From the NCBI GenBank assembly GCA_964652125.1, contig CAZZAE010000001.1, forward strand, positions 2,908 through 52,630: DNA of 49,723 bases, in the 5' to 3' direction. The translations under genes and the position numbers were made by a program. Source of the stretch: an uncultured Candidatus Saccharibacteria bacterium (lineage in GTDB: Bacteria > Patescibacteriota > Saccharimonadia > Saccharimonadales > JANWIN01). The notes beneath the pieces are model-generated. The model saw only the letters and a list, made by a program, of their open reading frames with translations, had not been told where the DNA came from and ran no database searches. Shown piece by piece: positions 39,712-47,355 of this stretch (within the stretch, counting starts at the first letter, position 1; each line of letters opens with the position of its first letter).

Positions 39712-40077
39712 ATGGCAAAAATTGCTATTGTTGAAGACGACCAAGCCATTTCTCAGATGTATCGAATTAAGTTTGAGTCTGAAGGCTATACTGTTGAAAC
39801 TGCGGAAAATGGCAAACTAGGATTGGCACTAGCTCAAAGTATGAAACCCGACATGATCTTGCTGGACCTGATGATGCCAGAGATGCGAGGTGATGAAATG
39901 TTAGCAGCCATGCGAAAGACTGATTGGGGCAAAAACATAAAAGTTATCATTCTAACGAATGTAGGCGAACAAGAAATCCCTGAACCACTTAAAAAGCTGG
40001 GTGTAAGTGCAGTAATATTGAAAGCTGATATGACACCGAAACAAGTTGCTGATCTTGTAAAAACTCAATTAAAATAA
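39712..40077 (+). CDS. stand-alone response regulator receiver (paralog of previous gene)
   Basis: IVEDD, LLDLMMP, ILTN, LKA. Confidence 0.93.
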   Translation: MAKIAIVEDDQAISQMYRIKFESEGYTVETAENGKLGLALAQSMKPDMILLDLMMPEMRGDEMLAAMRKTDWGKNIKVIILTNVGEQEIPEPLKKLGVSAVILKADMTPKQVADLVKTQLK

Positions 40078-40151
40078 CATTAGCTATAGCATTACATACT
40101 GCTAATAATGATCTAAATATTAAAAAACATCTGTAAGGTAGAATAAGTCAT

Positions 40152-41453
40152 ATGAAGATTGCCATTTTAGGATATGGTGAGCAAGGACGTGCAGCCTATG
40201 AGTATTGGAACCGCAATGGTAACAATATAACTGTATGCGATCAAAATGAGTCGGTTGAACTTCCAGCTAATGTAGATAAGCAACTTGGAAAAAATTATTT
40301 ACACGACTTGGAAATATTTGATCTAATAGTTCGCTCCCCAAGCGTCCATCCCAGCGACATCTCAGACGCAAATTCGTCTGCCATTTTAGATAAAGTAACT
40401 ACTGTAACAGACGAGTTTTTCCGTGTCTGCCCTACTAAAAATATTATTGGGGTGACTGGTACTAAAGGCAAAGGCACTACCTCTACCCTAATTGCTCGAA
40501 TGCTTGAAGCTGATGGCAAAACAGTTCATCTAGGTGGCAACATTGGTACACCTCCACTGGATATGCTCAAAGCCGGTATTGAGGACAAGGATTGGGTTGT
40601 TTTAGAATTAGCCAATTTTCAACTTATAGACATAAAACATTCACCCCACATTGCTGTTTGTCTAATGGTAGTGCCTGAACATATGGATTGGCATCCCAGC
40701 GTTCAAGAATACATTGATGCTAAAAAGCAATTGTTTGCTCATCAAATTTCGCAAGATATTGCCATATATTACGCTGATAACTCAGATTCAAAACAAATTG
40801 CATCCACTAGTCCAGGCATAAAAATTCCCTACTATTCTCAGCCCGGAGCAATTATAGAAAATGGTGCAATTACAATCAACGACCAGGTAATATGTAAAAC
40901 CAATGAGCTAAAACTATTAGGTGAACACAATTGGCAAAACGTTTGCGCAGCCATTACAACCGTCTGGCAAGTTACGCAAAACACACAGGCCATGCATATA
41001 GTATTAACTAGCTTTTCAGGTCTGGAACACCGCTTGGAACTAGTCCGCGAAATTGAAGGAGTTAAATTTTACGATGACTCATTTGGTACCACACCGGAAA
41101 CAGCTATAGTCGCCATCAAAGCTTTCACTCAACCCAAAGTCGTAATTTTGGGCGGTTCAGACAAAGGAGCTAGCTTCGATGTTCTTGCCAAGACCATCAT
41201 AGACAACAATGTCAGTAGTGTTGTCCTAATCGGTGATATCGCTTCCAAGATTCATAAGGCCCTAGACAAAGTCGACTTTCATAACGTTATTGAAGGTGGA
41301 GATAAAATGACAGATATTGTTGCCGCTGCCCAGAAACAAGCTAAAAACGGCGATGTAGTTTTACTGTCTACTGGTAGTGCAAGCTTTGGACTTTTCAAAA
41401 ACTATAAAGACCGCGGTGAGCAGTTTAAGTCGGCAGTTTTAGCACTCGCTTAA
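40152..41453 (+). CDS. murD: UDP-N-acetylmuramoyl-L-alanine--D-glutamate ligase
   Basis: VTGTKGKGTT, GGNIG, ELANFQL, HMDWH, LEHRLE, DDSFGT, GGSDKG, ASFGLFKNYKDRGEQF. Confidence 0.95.
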   Translation: MKIAILGYGEQGRAAYEYWNRNGNNITVCDQNESVELPANVDKQLGKNYLHDLEIFDLIVRSPSVHPSDISDANSSAILDKVTTVTDEFFRVCPTKNIIGVTGTKGKGTTSTLIARMLEADGKTVHLGGNIGTPPLDMLKAGIEDKDWVVLELANFQLIDIKHSPHIAVCLMVVPEHMDWHPSVQEYIDAKKQLFAHQISQDIAIYYADNSDSKQIASTSPGIKIPYYSQPGAIIENGAITINDQVICKTNELKLLGEHNWQNVCAAITTVWQVTQNTQAMHIVLTSFSGLEHRLELVREIEGVKFYDDSFGTTPETAIVAIKAFTQPKVVILGGSDKGASFDVLAKTIIDNNVSSVVLIGDIASKIHKALDKVDFHNVIEGGDKMTDIVAAAQKQAKNGDVVLLSTGSASFGLFKNYKDRGEQFKSAVLALA

Positions 41454-42117
41454 GTTGTTCAATAGCTGGTTGTTCGGGTTGTATGACCCGGGCCCGGCCA
41501 TTAACAATTTGTTTTATCAAGTCTTCAATCCAGTGATAATGAGTACATCCTAGAACAATAATATCAGCACCTTCACGGCAAGCCGCATCAATCCGGGCAT
41601 GAATGTGTTGTTGATCAATTTGGTTTGATTCGATCATCTGAGTCCAATCACTACAATCCGGTTCTATAACCTTAACATTCTTGGCATAATTTTCCTTTAG
41701 CCAGTGATAACGATCACTACCAAGAGTAGTCGGGGTGGCGCAAACTGCAATAATACCGGTTTTAGTTAACTCAGCAGCTGGTTTAACCATGGGCTCCATG
41801 CTAATTAAGGGAACGTGTATTTGCTGGCGCAGAGTATCAATTAACGTTGTTGAGACAGTATTGCATGCAACCACAATAACTTGGCAACCCTGACTGGCTA
41901 AATCCTGCAGTATTGGCAAAACATAGCTCAAAATTTCCTGAGGCGGCTTAGTACCATATGGCAAATGAGCCGGATCGTTCATAAATATAACTTGAGCGCT
42001 AGGGATAGCTAGTTGAACGGCGTTGGCTACAGATTGCCCACCAACACCAGAATCAAATACTCCAATTTTAATACCAGCTGGTTTGGGCGGACCCATGGTT
42101 CCTTCACCGTATTTCAT
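41425..42117 (-). CDS. murI: glutamate racemase
   Basis: IGVFDSGVGG, PYGTK, ACNT, LGCTHY. Confidence 0.93.
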   Translation of the reverse strand: MKYGEGTMGPPKPAGIKIGVFDSGVGGQSVANAVQLAIPSAQVIFMNDPAHLPYGTKPPQEILSYVLPILQDLASQGCQVIVVACNTVSTTLIDTLRQQIHVPLISMEPMVKPAAELTKTGIIAVCATPTTLGSDRYHWLKENYAKNVKVIEPDCSDWTQMIESNQIDQQHIHARIDAACREGADIIVLGCTHYHWIEDLIKQIVNGRARVIQPEQPAIEQLKRVLKLPT

Positions 42118-42935
42118 GATTTGTCTTCCACCTTGACCCGCCTCGTTGCCGAGCGAATAACGTTTTCAAACAAGGCGCAGACTGTCAGCGGGCCAACCCC
42201 ACCCCGAGTAGGAGTAATAGTTAGATCATCCCGCTCATAAACGTCAGCGGCTAGATCACCCACAGTTTTACCACTTTCACTCGCCACGCCCGCATCAACG
42301 ACAATGGCACCGTATTTAATCATGTCTGCGTATAAAATTGCTGGACTACCAGTAGCAGTTATAATTACGTCAGCGTTTTTGGTATGAACAGACAAATCTT
42401 TAGCCCCCCGGTCTATTACTTCTACGTCTAAAGCCGCTTGTTTCAGGATTTTCTCTAGTGGTGCTCCGACCAGTTTGCCCCGCCCAATAAGAAGTATATG
42501 TTTGCCGTTAAGCTCAACATTGTAACCACTGAGTAGCCACATAATAGCTAGAGGCGTTGCCGGCTCAAATTCAGCTTTAAGTCCCAAAGCATCGACATCT
42601 TTATCTGGTGCTACCAAATTTACAATCTCATCAGTCTGGCTAGTATCAGTCAGCGGCAACTGAACAATGATGCCGTGGATAGATTTATCGGCATTGAGTT
42701 TTGTCAAAGTGTCTGCAATTTCAAGTTGGGAAATAAAATGAATATCAACATCAACTAAGATATCACTGCCGTAGCGCTTTTTAAGACGAACGTAGGTGTT
42801 TATCACAGGATCATCTTTAACCTGAATTATAGCAAGTTTGGGCTCAATACCGTGAGCTTGACGCAAAGCCCGCACTTGTTTAGCCTGACGCTCTTTTATA
42901 TAGCTAGCCAATTCTGACCCATTTAACGATTTCAT
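42114..42935 (-). CDS. folD: methylenetetrahydrofolate dehydrogenase/cyclohydrolase
   Basis: YVRLK, HGIIVQLPL, KDVD, PATP, GRGKLVGAP, VDAG, GGVGPLTV. Confidence 0.93.
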   Translation of the reverse strand: MKSLNGSELASYIKERQAKQVRALRQAHGIEPKLAIIQVKDDPVINTYVRLKKRYGSDILVDVDIHFISQLEIADTLTKLNADKSIHGIIVQLPLTDTSQTDEIVNLVAPDKDVDALGLKAEFEPATPLAIMWLLSGYNVELNGKHILLIGRGKLVGAPLEKILKQAALDVEVIDRGAKDLSVHTKNADVIITATGSPAILYADMIKYGAIVVDAGVASESGKTVGDLAADVYERDDLTITPTRGGVGPLTVCALFENVIRSATRRVKVEDKS

Positions 42936-43003
42936 ACCAAGCTATTGTACCTTACATCTTGCCAAAACAGAGGTAGTTTGCTAAAGTTGGCAAAGCAAAA
43001 CAA

Positions 43004-43080
43004 GGGCCAGTAGCTCAGCTGGTTAGAGCACCTGCCTCTTAAGCAGGGTGTCGAGGGTTCGAGTCCCTCCTGGCCCTCCA
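43004..43080 (+). tRNA. tRNA-Lys (anticodon CTT)
   Basis: GGGCCAG-TAGCTCAGCTGGTTAGAGC-A-CCTGC-CTCTTAA-GCAGG..GGTTCGAGTCC..CTGGCCC-T-CCA. Confidence 0.97.
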
Positions 43081-43094
43081 AGCATTAGCATTAT

Positions 43095-43118
43095 GGCCTC
43101 CTAAGAGAGGTCTTTGTT
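43095..43118 (+). terminator. weak intrinsic terminator after tRNA-Lys
   Basis: GGCCTC-CTAAGA-GAGGTC followed by TTTGTT. Confidence 0.4.
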
Positions 43119-43129
43119 ATAGTTAAGAT

Positions 43130-43324
43130 ATGAAGAAAAATACAAAGTGGTTAATACTTGGGGTACTGTTACTTATAATTTTATTAATTGCAGGTATGAG
43201 TGAATATCGCTCAACTCATCCTACATTAATTATGCACGGACAAGGTCCTGAAAATTTTAGGCCAGATGGAACATGTATACATCCTCAAACGCTTAATGGC
43301 CATGAGATTTGCCCAGAACCATAA
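43130..43324 (+). CDS. small membrane-anchored/secreted protein (64 aa)
   Basis: MKKNTK + hydrophobic stretch; Cys pair; TGtTATAGT 6 nt before ATG. Confidence 0.65.
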   Translation: MKKNTKWLILGVLLLIILLIAGMSEYRSTHPTLIMHGQGPENFRPDGTCIHPQTLNGHEICPEP

Positions 43325-43399
43325 TCTCTTAATTTAGATGCAATGAGAGTTACTGTGGCCCTCCAATACCACCCGTGCTAATAAGTTTTTGTAAATATA

Positions 43400-43891
43400 T
43401 TAACGGCTTTTGATTCCGGTAACTTCCCATGCTCTGGCTAAAGCACCTGCATACAAAAGTATGATTGCCACAATAAAGTAATTGAACATGCTTTGATTAT
43501 TTGGGTTATGTAGCAACCCTATGCCTGTTGCGAATTGTAAGATATAGGCGGCAACAGCTATTAATCCCAAGATGCTTGGTGTCTTTCGACCAGTTCTTTT
43601 GTGGTCAACGGTTTGCGGCAACAAACGGAACGAAACAAGTATGCCAAGTACTGCCATCACACACCCTACCAATGCAAAATTGTGAGGATCGGGCGACAAA
43701 CCCATTAGTGAAACAAAAAAGATATTAACTAGTTGCGAAAAAGAACTATTAGCAATAATACGTCGCCATGCTTTAGTAGTTTCGTTTACTCTCTCACTAT
43801 CAATAAATGAGAGTGCCACAAACAACAATCCGATAAATGCTGCGGAGGCACCTGTACTTGCGGCAAAAAAACCACGGTAACCATCAATCAT
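43400..43891 (-). CDS. integral membrane protein, unknown function
   Basis: About 5 TM segments; FFAASTGASAAFIGLLFVALS; TGcTAATAT 7 nt before ATG. Confidence 0.75.
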   Translation of the reverse strand: MIDGYRGFFAASTGASAAFIGLLFVALSFIDSERVNETTKAWRRIIANSSFSQLVNIFFVSLMGLSPDPHNFALVGCVMAVLGILVSFRLLPQTVDHKRTGRKTPSILGLIAVAAYILQFATGIGLLHNPNNQSMFNYFIVAIILLYAGALARAWEVTGIKSR

Positions 43892-44036
43892 AGGTCATAT
43901 ATTAGCATTTATAAATTCGGTTATGATAGGGTCTACGATGGCCCTCCAAATTAGCAGCCAGCGTATCTTCATCGCATCTCTATAATTCATTTACTAAATG
44001 CTCCTTTTAATTGAGGGGTTTTGTTATGATCAAAAG

Positions 44037-44996
44037 GTGAAGCCCAAACAACTAGAAAGAAAGCTTACTCTGGCATCCGAATTCGGAGACTTGTTTATTG
44101 CGGCCGTTCCACTAATTTTTCTAACTTCAATTGCCGAGCAAATTGGTGGTGGCATAGCAGTCTTTTTGATAACAGTAGTTATCATGTGGGGTACTATTGG
44201 CTGGTTGGTATATCGTTATGTTGGGTTCGAACACCAACTAGCTAAACACGAACTGGGTTTAACTAATCTGGCTACTGCTAATAAATGGCAACTGCAAACA
44301 AACCAAAACGAGTTTTTGTTGCTTCCGGAGCTAGAAAATGTTTCTCTCATGTTGATTGCTAATCGTGATGCCAAACTTGTCAATTATATGTTGACACCTG
44401 CTTGGAACTATATCGATCTTTCATATTGTATATATAGGAAATCAAAAAACGGTGAGTACAAAGCTGCCTATGTCTACTACTCTGTACTGGTAACTAAATT
44501 GCCAAGAGTATTGCCTAATGTATTTTTTGACTCAAAAAGCCAGGGCGGACGGCAGTATAAGGCTAAATTTACCAAGGATCAGAGACATGGACTAGAAGGA
44601 GATTTTGATACTTATTTTGATACCTACTTTGCCGAGGGATACACCATTGATAGCATGAGTTTTATCACACCTGATGTCATGCAAGCCTTAGAAGCCGCCA
44701 GCAATTATGATATTGAGATAATGGGTGATCGTTTACTGATGTATGGACCGGTCTATGTTGATGCCAGCGAAATTTTAGATGGGGCAACGAAGCTTCAAGC
44801 AATTTTAAAGACTCTACAATTTACTGCTAGCGAGTATGATGATGAACGCTTGCCTGGTGATGTTGGTAGACAAACCGTAACACCTGAGGGTTTTCAACTG
44901 CGACGAAAATCCAGTCGGGCATGGATATCGATTATCTTTATAGCGGCATACATCATACTTCGATTAGGCGGTCTAATTTTCGCTTCCAAGAAATAG
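44037..44996 (+). CDS. membrane protein, unknown function
   Basis: Two N-terminal TMs and one C-terminal TM; LEGDFDTYF..FITPDVM; start revised to GTG 44037 (TGtTATGAT 6 nt upstream). Confidence 0.75.
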   Translation: MKPKQLERKLTLASEFGDLFIAAVPLIFLTSIAEQIGGGIAVFLITVVIMWGTIGWLVYRYVGFEHQLAKHELGLTNLATANKWQLQTNQNEFLLLPELENVSLMLIANRDAKLVNYMLTPAWNYIDLSYCIYRKSKNGEYKAAYVYYSVLVTKLPRVLPNVFFDSKSQGGRQYKAKFTKDQRHGLEGDFDTYFDTYFAEGYTIDSMSFITPDVMQALEAASNYDIEIMGDRLLMYGPVYVDASEILDGATKLQAILKTLQFTASEYDDERLPGDVGRQTVTPEGFQLRRKSSRAWISIIFIAAYIILRLGGLIFASKK

Positions 44997-45041
44997 ACAA
45001 TCCATAGACAGTTTCGACAGCTTCTTGGGTGGCAAGCTCAT

Positions 45042-45069
45042 TTGCTTTATTGACTAGCTGTGGTATAAT
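45042..45069 (+). promoter_or_regulatory. sigma70-type promoter preceding a long leader
   Basis: TTGCTT-16 nt-TATAAT with extended TG (TGgTATAAT). Confidence 0.65.
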
Positions 45070-45074
45070 GTACT

Positions 45075-45248
45075 TACGGAATTAAAAGATTCTGACTGCA
45101 AGTAAGCATCAAGTGACTTTGGCGGTTACCGAAAATAGCATTGCCCAAGACGAAGCGGCCAATTGAAATAGGCGCCTCCGCATAGGGATAAGCAATCGCA
45201 GACTAAGGCGAAACTTAAACCCAAATGCGTCAAGGAGGCGCTTCTAAT
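45075..45248 (+). ncRNA. candidate structured cis-regulatory leader RNA sequestering the Shine-Dalgarno
   Basis: AGGCGCCTCC(45170-79) pairs with GGAGGCGCTT(45234-43); GCAT/ATGC, GGG/CCC and TAAG/CTTA nested inside. Confidence 0.45.
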
Positions 45249-45815
45249 ATGAGTTTAGAAAAATATGGAATAAACCCCGCAGAAGCATTGGGGTTGGTAG
45301 GTACTGGGGCAGTTTTAGGTGGCCTGGCAGTACGAACGTACATGAACAGTTTCCTTCATGATGAAGGACATAGAGTGTTTGCAGCTCCCAATTTTAATGC
45401 CTTGCAAGCAATTGTTAGTGTTTGTGAAGACAATGGACTAAATCCATCGCTTGAAATTTCAGATGAAAAAGTAGTCCAAGCCCTTATGGACGATAATCGC
45501 ACAGCTTTCGTTGTCACCAGACCAGACGTTTGGGAAGAGATGGGTTCCCCTTCTGCAGCACCAACGTTCAGAGTAAAACACCCGGCTGAAGCGGCAGAGA
45601 AAGCCCGAGCTAAGCTAATTGAAAAAGGTTTTAGTGCTGAGACTATAAGCCCGACAGCAGATCAACAAGAAGGTGAAATGGTATTTGTAAAAACTGATGC
45701 GCTGGTAAGTGGATTAATTGGGTTCAGGCAGCATGTCATTAAAATGGGACCAAAACCCCCCAAATGGACGCCAAATAAATTGCTTGGCTTCACCCGCCGC
45801 GCAACTCAGTCTTAA
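45249..45815 (+). CDS. hypothetical protein with N-terminal TM
   Basis: AAGGAGG upstream of ATG 45249; hydrophobic ALGLVGTGAVLGGLAV. Confidence 0.7.
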   Translation: MSLEKYGINPAEALGLVGTGAVLGGLAVRTYMNSFLHDEGHRVFAAPNFNALQAIVSVCEDNGLNPSLEISDEKVVQALMDDNRTAFVVTRPDVWEEMGSPSAAPTFRVKHPAEAAEKARAKLIEKGFSAETISPTADQQEGEMVFVKTDALVSGLIGFRQHVIKMGPKPPKWTPNKLLGFTRRATQS

Positions 45816-45823
45816 AAGAACTC

Positions 45824-45853
45824 TTGGGGCTATCCATATTGCGATAGCCCCAA
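45824..45853. terminator. 11-bp perfect hairpin after 45249..45815 (terminator or RNA-stabilising stem)
   Basis: TTGGGGCTATC-8 nt-GATAGCCCCAA; U-tract not immediately adjacent on either strand. Confidence 0.55.
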
Positions 45854-45899
45854 CCATAAACATTTTTTAGTTACTTTTTAAAATGTTATATTTGATTCC

Positions 45900-46901
45900 A
45901 TGCCTGCACCCAATATAGAAATAGAACATTTTCTGCCGCCAAACCTCGAAGAACACGTTGCATACTTTGAAAATATAACACTTGGTTTAGATCAGCCCGA
46001 AATTGTGTATAAAGGAGCTGTTCGAGAGGTTTCAGACGAACTTCCATATTTTTTGCTTCAAAGCTTAAATGCAAGTAAGTCTGCAAATCGAAACCAGCCC
46101 ATTTCAACTGAGGGTATGATCTCTAGAGAAGCTTTAACCGACGCTTTAGTGAAAAATGCTTTCTTGCACGCCATTGGTGATCGGCAAAGTGAGATTTATA
46201 GACGAATGATTATGATGATAACCGGTTTTGCTCAAGCAAATGGAGATGAATCTGCAACCAACCATGGCTTTGAGCTGGGTAAAAGAATTATCACTGAGAG
46301 GGCTCATCGAGCTGCTTTGGGATTATGCCTAGGTAGTCTAATGTTAGTTGAACCAGCACTTGAGTCTGATCAAGGCTTAACATTAAAAGAAAGAGCTGAC
46401 CGGGTATATAAATCTACTCGATTACAACCTCCAGTAAAAATTCCCCCAGCAGAAGGTAATCGTTTTGATGCTCTATTGGCACGTATGAAAACAGAAGATT
46501 TTGTTGATGTAGTGACACGACAACCTGAAGGACGAGGCCTAATTAAGAAAATGTCTTACAGAATTAAATTAAGTCGCGAAAATTTAAAATGGATTCGTCA
46601 AGCTCGGGATCCAGCCAAAGTGGGTGAAGTAATCGAGGAAGTTTACGATAATCACCTATTCGCACCTGAAATGATAATATCAGATGAGGAAGCTGATTTT
46701 ATCACCATATCGACCGTTAAGATGTGCACTTATCTTGGCCGAGCGGCTACTAAAGATGAAACAATTGCCCATGACCCTAGGACTGCTCATATTAATTACT
46801 TAAGATTCAAACTTAACGATAACAGTGTAGCTGGTGCTCTTGCCCTCTTCCAAAAAGGTGTACACAACGTCGCCAGGAAAGAATTGGCCCTTAAGGATTA
46901 G
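45900..46901 (+). CDS. hypothetical protein
   Basis: 333-aa ORF; TGtTATATT 7 nt before ATG; no family recognised. Confidence 0.7.
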   Translation: MPAPNIEIEHFLPPNLEEHVAYFENITLGLDQPEIVYKGAVREVSDELPYFLLQSLNASKSANRNQPISTEGMISREALTDALVKNAFLHAIGDRQSEIYRRMIMMITGFAQANGDESATNHGFELGKRIITERAHRAALGLCLGSLMLVEPALESDQGLTLKERADRVYKSTRLQPPVKIPPAEGNRFDALLARMKTEDFVDVVTRQPEGRGLIKKMSYRIKLSRENLKWIRQARDPAKVGEVIEEVYDNHLFAPEMIISDEEADFITISTVKMCTYLGRAATKDETIAHDPRTAHINYLRFKLNDNSVAGALALFQKGVHNVARKELALKD

Positions 46902-46972
46902 TTTTTTTCTTAAACTACAACTAAGGACCTTTTTAATATTTATAAAAAATATCTAATTGCTACAATACCCGT

Positions 46973-47311
46973 ATGACTGTGATTGATGACTATCTATCAA
47001 AAATAGAACCAGAGAAGAAATTACAGCTAGAAAGGATACGCTCAATTATTCTGCACACAGCTCCTGATGTTAAGGAAGTAATCAGTTACGGAATGCCGGG
47101 TTTCAAATATCATGGTAAATATCTCGCCGGTTTCGACTCATTTAAAGATCACATGAGCTTCTTTCCTACTGCACACCCAATAGAAGTCCTAAAAGATAAA
47201 TTGCAAGGATATAAGCTGTCAAAAGGAACTATACAATTTGACGTCGAAAACCCACCTGCAGGGTCCTTAATTGTTGAACTAATTAAAGTTCGCATGGCCG
47301 ACATTGATTAA
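46973..47311 (+). CDS. DUF1801 (YdhG-like) protein
   Basis: IDDYL, EVISYGMPGF, HMSFFP, SKGTIQF. Confidence 0.85.
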   Translation: MTVIDDYLSKIEPEKKLQLERIRSIILHTAPDVKEVISYGMPGFKYHGKYLAGFDSFKDHMSFFPTAHPIEVLKDKLQGYKLSKGTIQFDVENPPAGSLIVELIKVRMADID

Positions 47312-47355
47312 ATAATCTAGGCATCAGCATCCGCAGCAGCAAGGTTAGAGAATAT

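Larger units (their letters stand above)
43071..43949 (+). repeat. three direct copies of the tRNA-Lys 3' end (TGGCCCTCCAA) at 43071, 43356 and 43939
   Basis: Exact 11-mer x3; copies 1 and 3 continue with (GC)ATTAGCA. Confidence 0.8.

Noticed and set aside
41425-41453. 29-bp convergent murD/murI overlap as a sign of frameshift
   Set aside because: Both proteins retain their key motifs up to near the C-terminus; consistent with genome compaction
45011-45040. GTTTCGACAG resembling the tmRNA 5' region or a REP-like element
   Set aside because: No GGGG 5' end, no tRNA-like 3' end with T-loop and CCA, and only one copy seen
45112-45148. GTGACT..GGCG resembling the ZMP/ZTP riboswitch
   Set aside because: The 3' CGCCTGGGC pseudoknot half and the other consensus elements are missing
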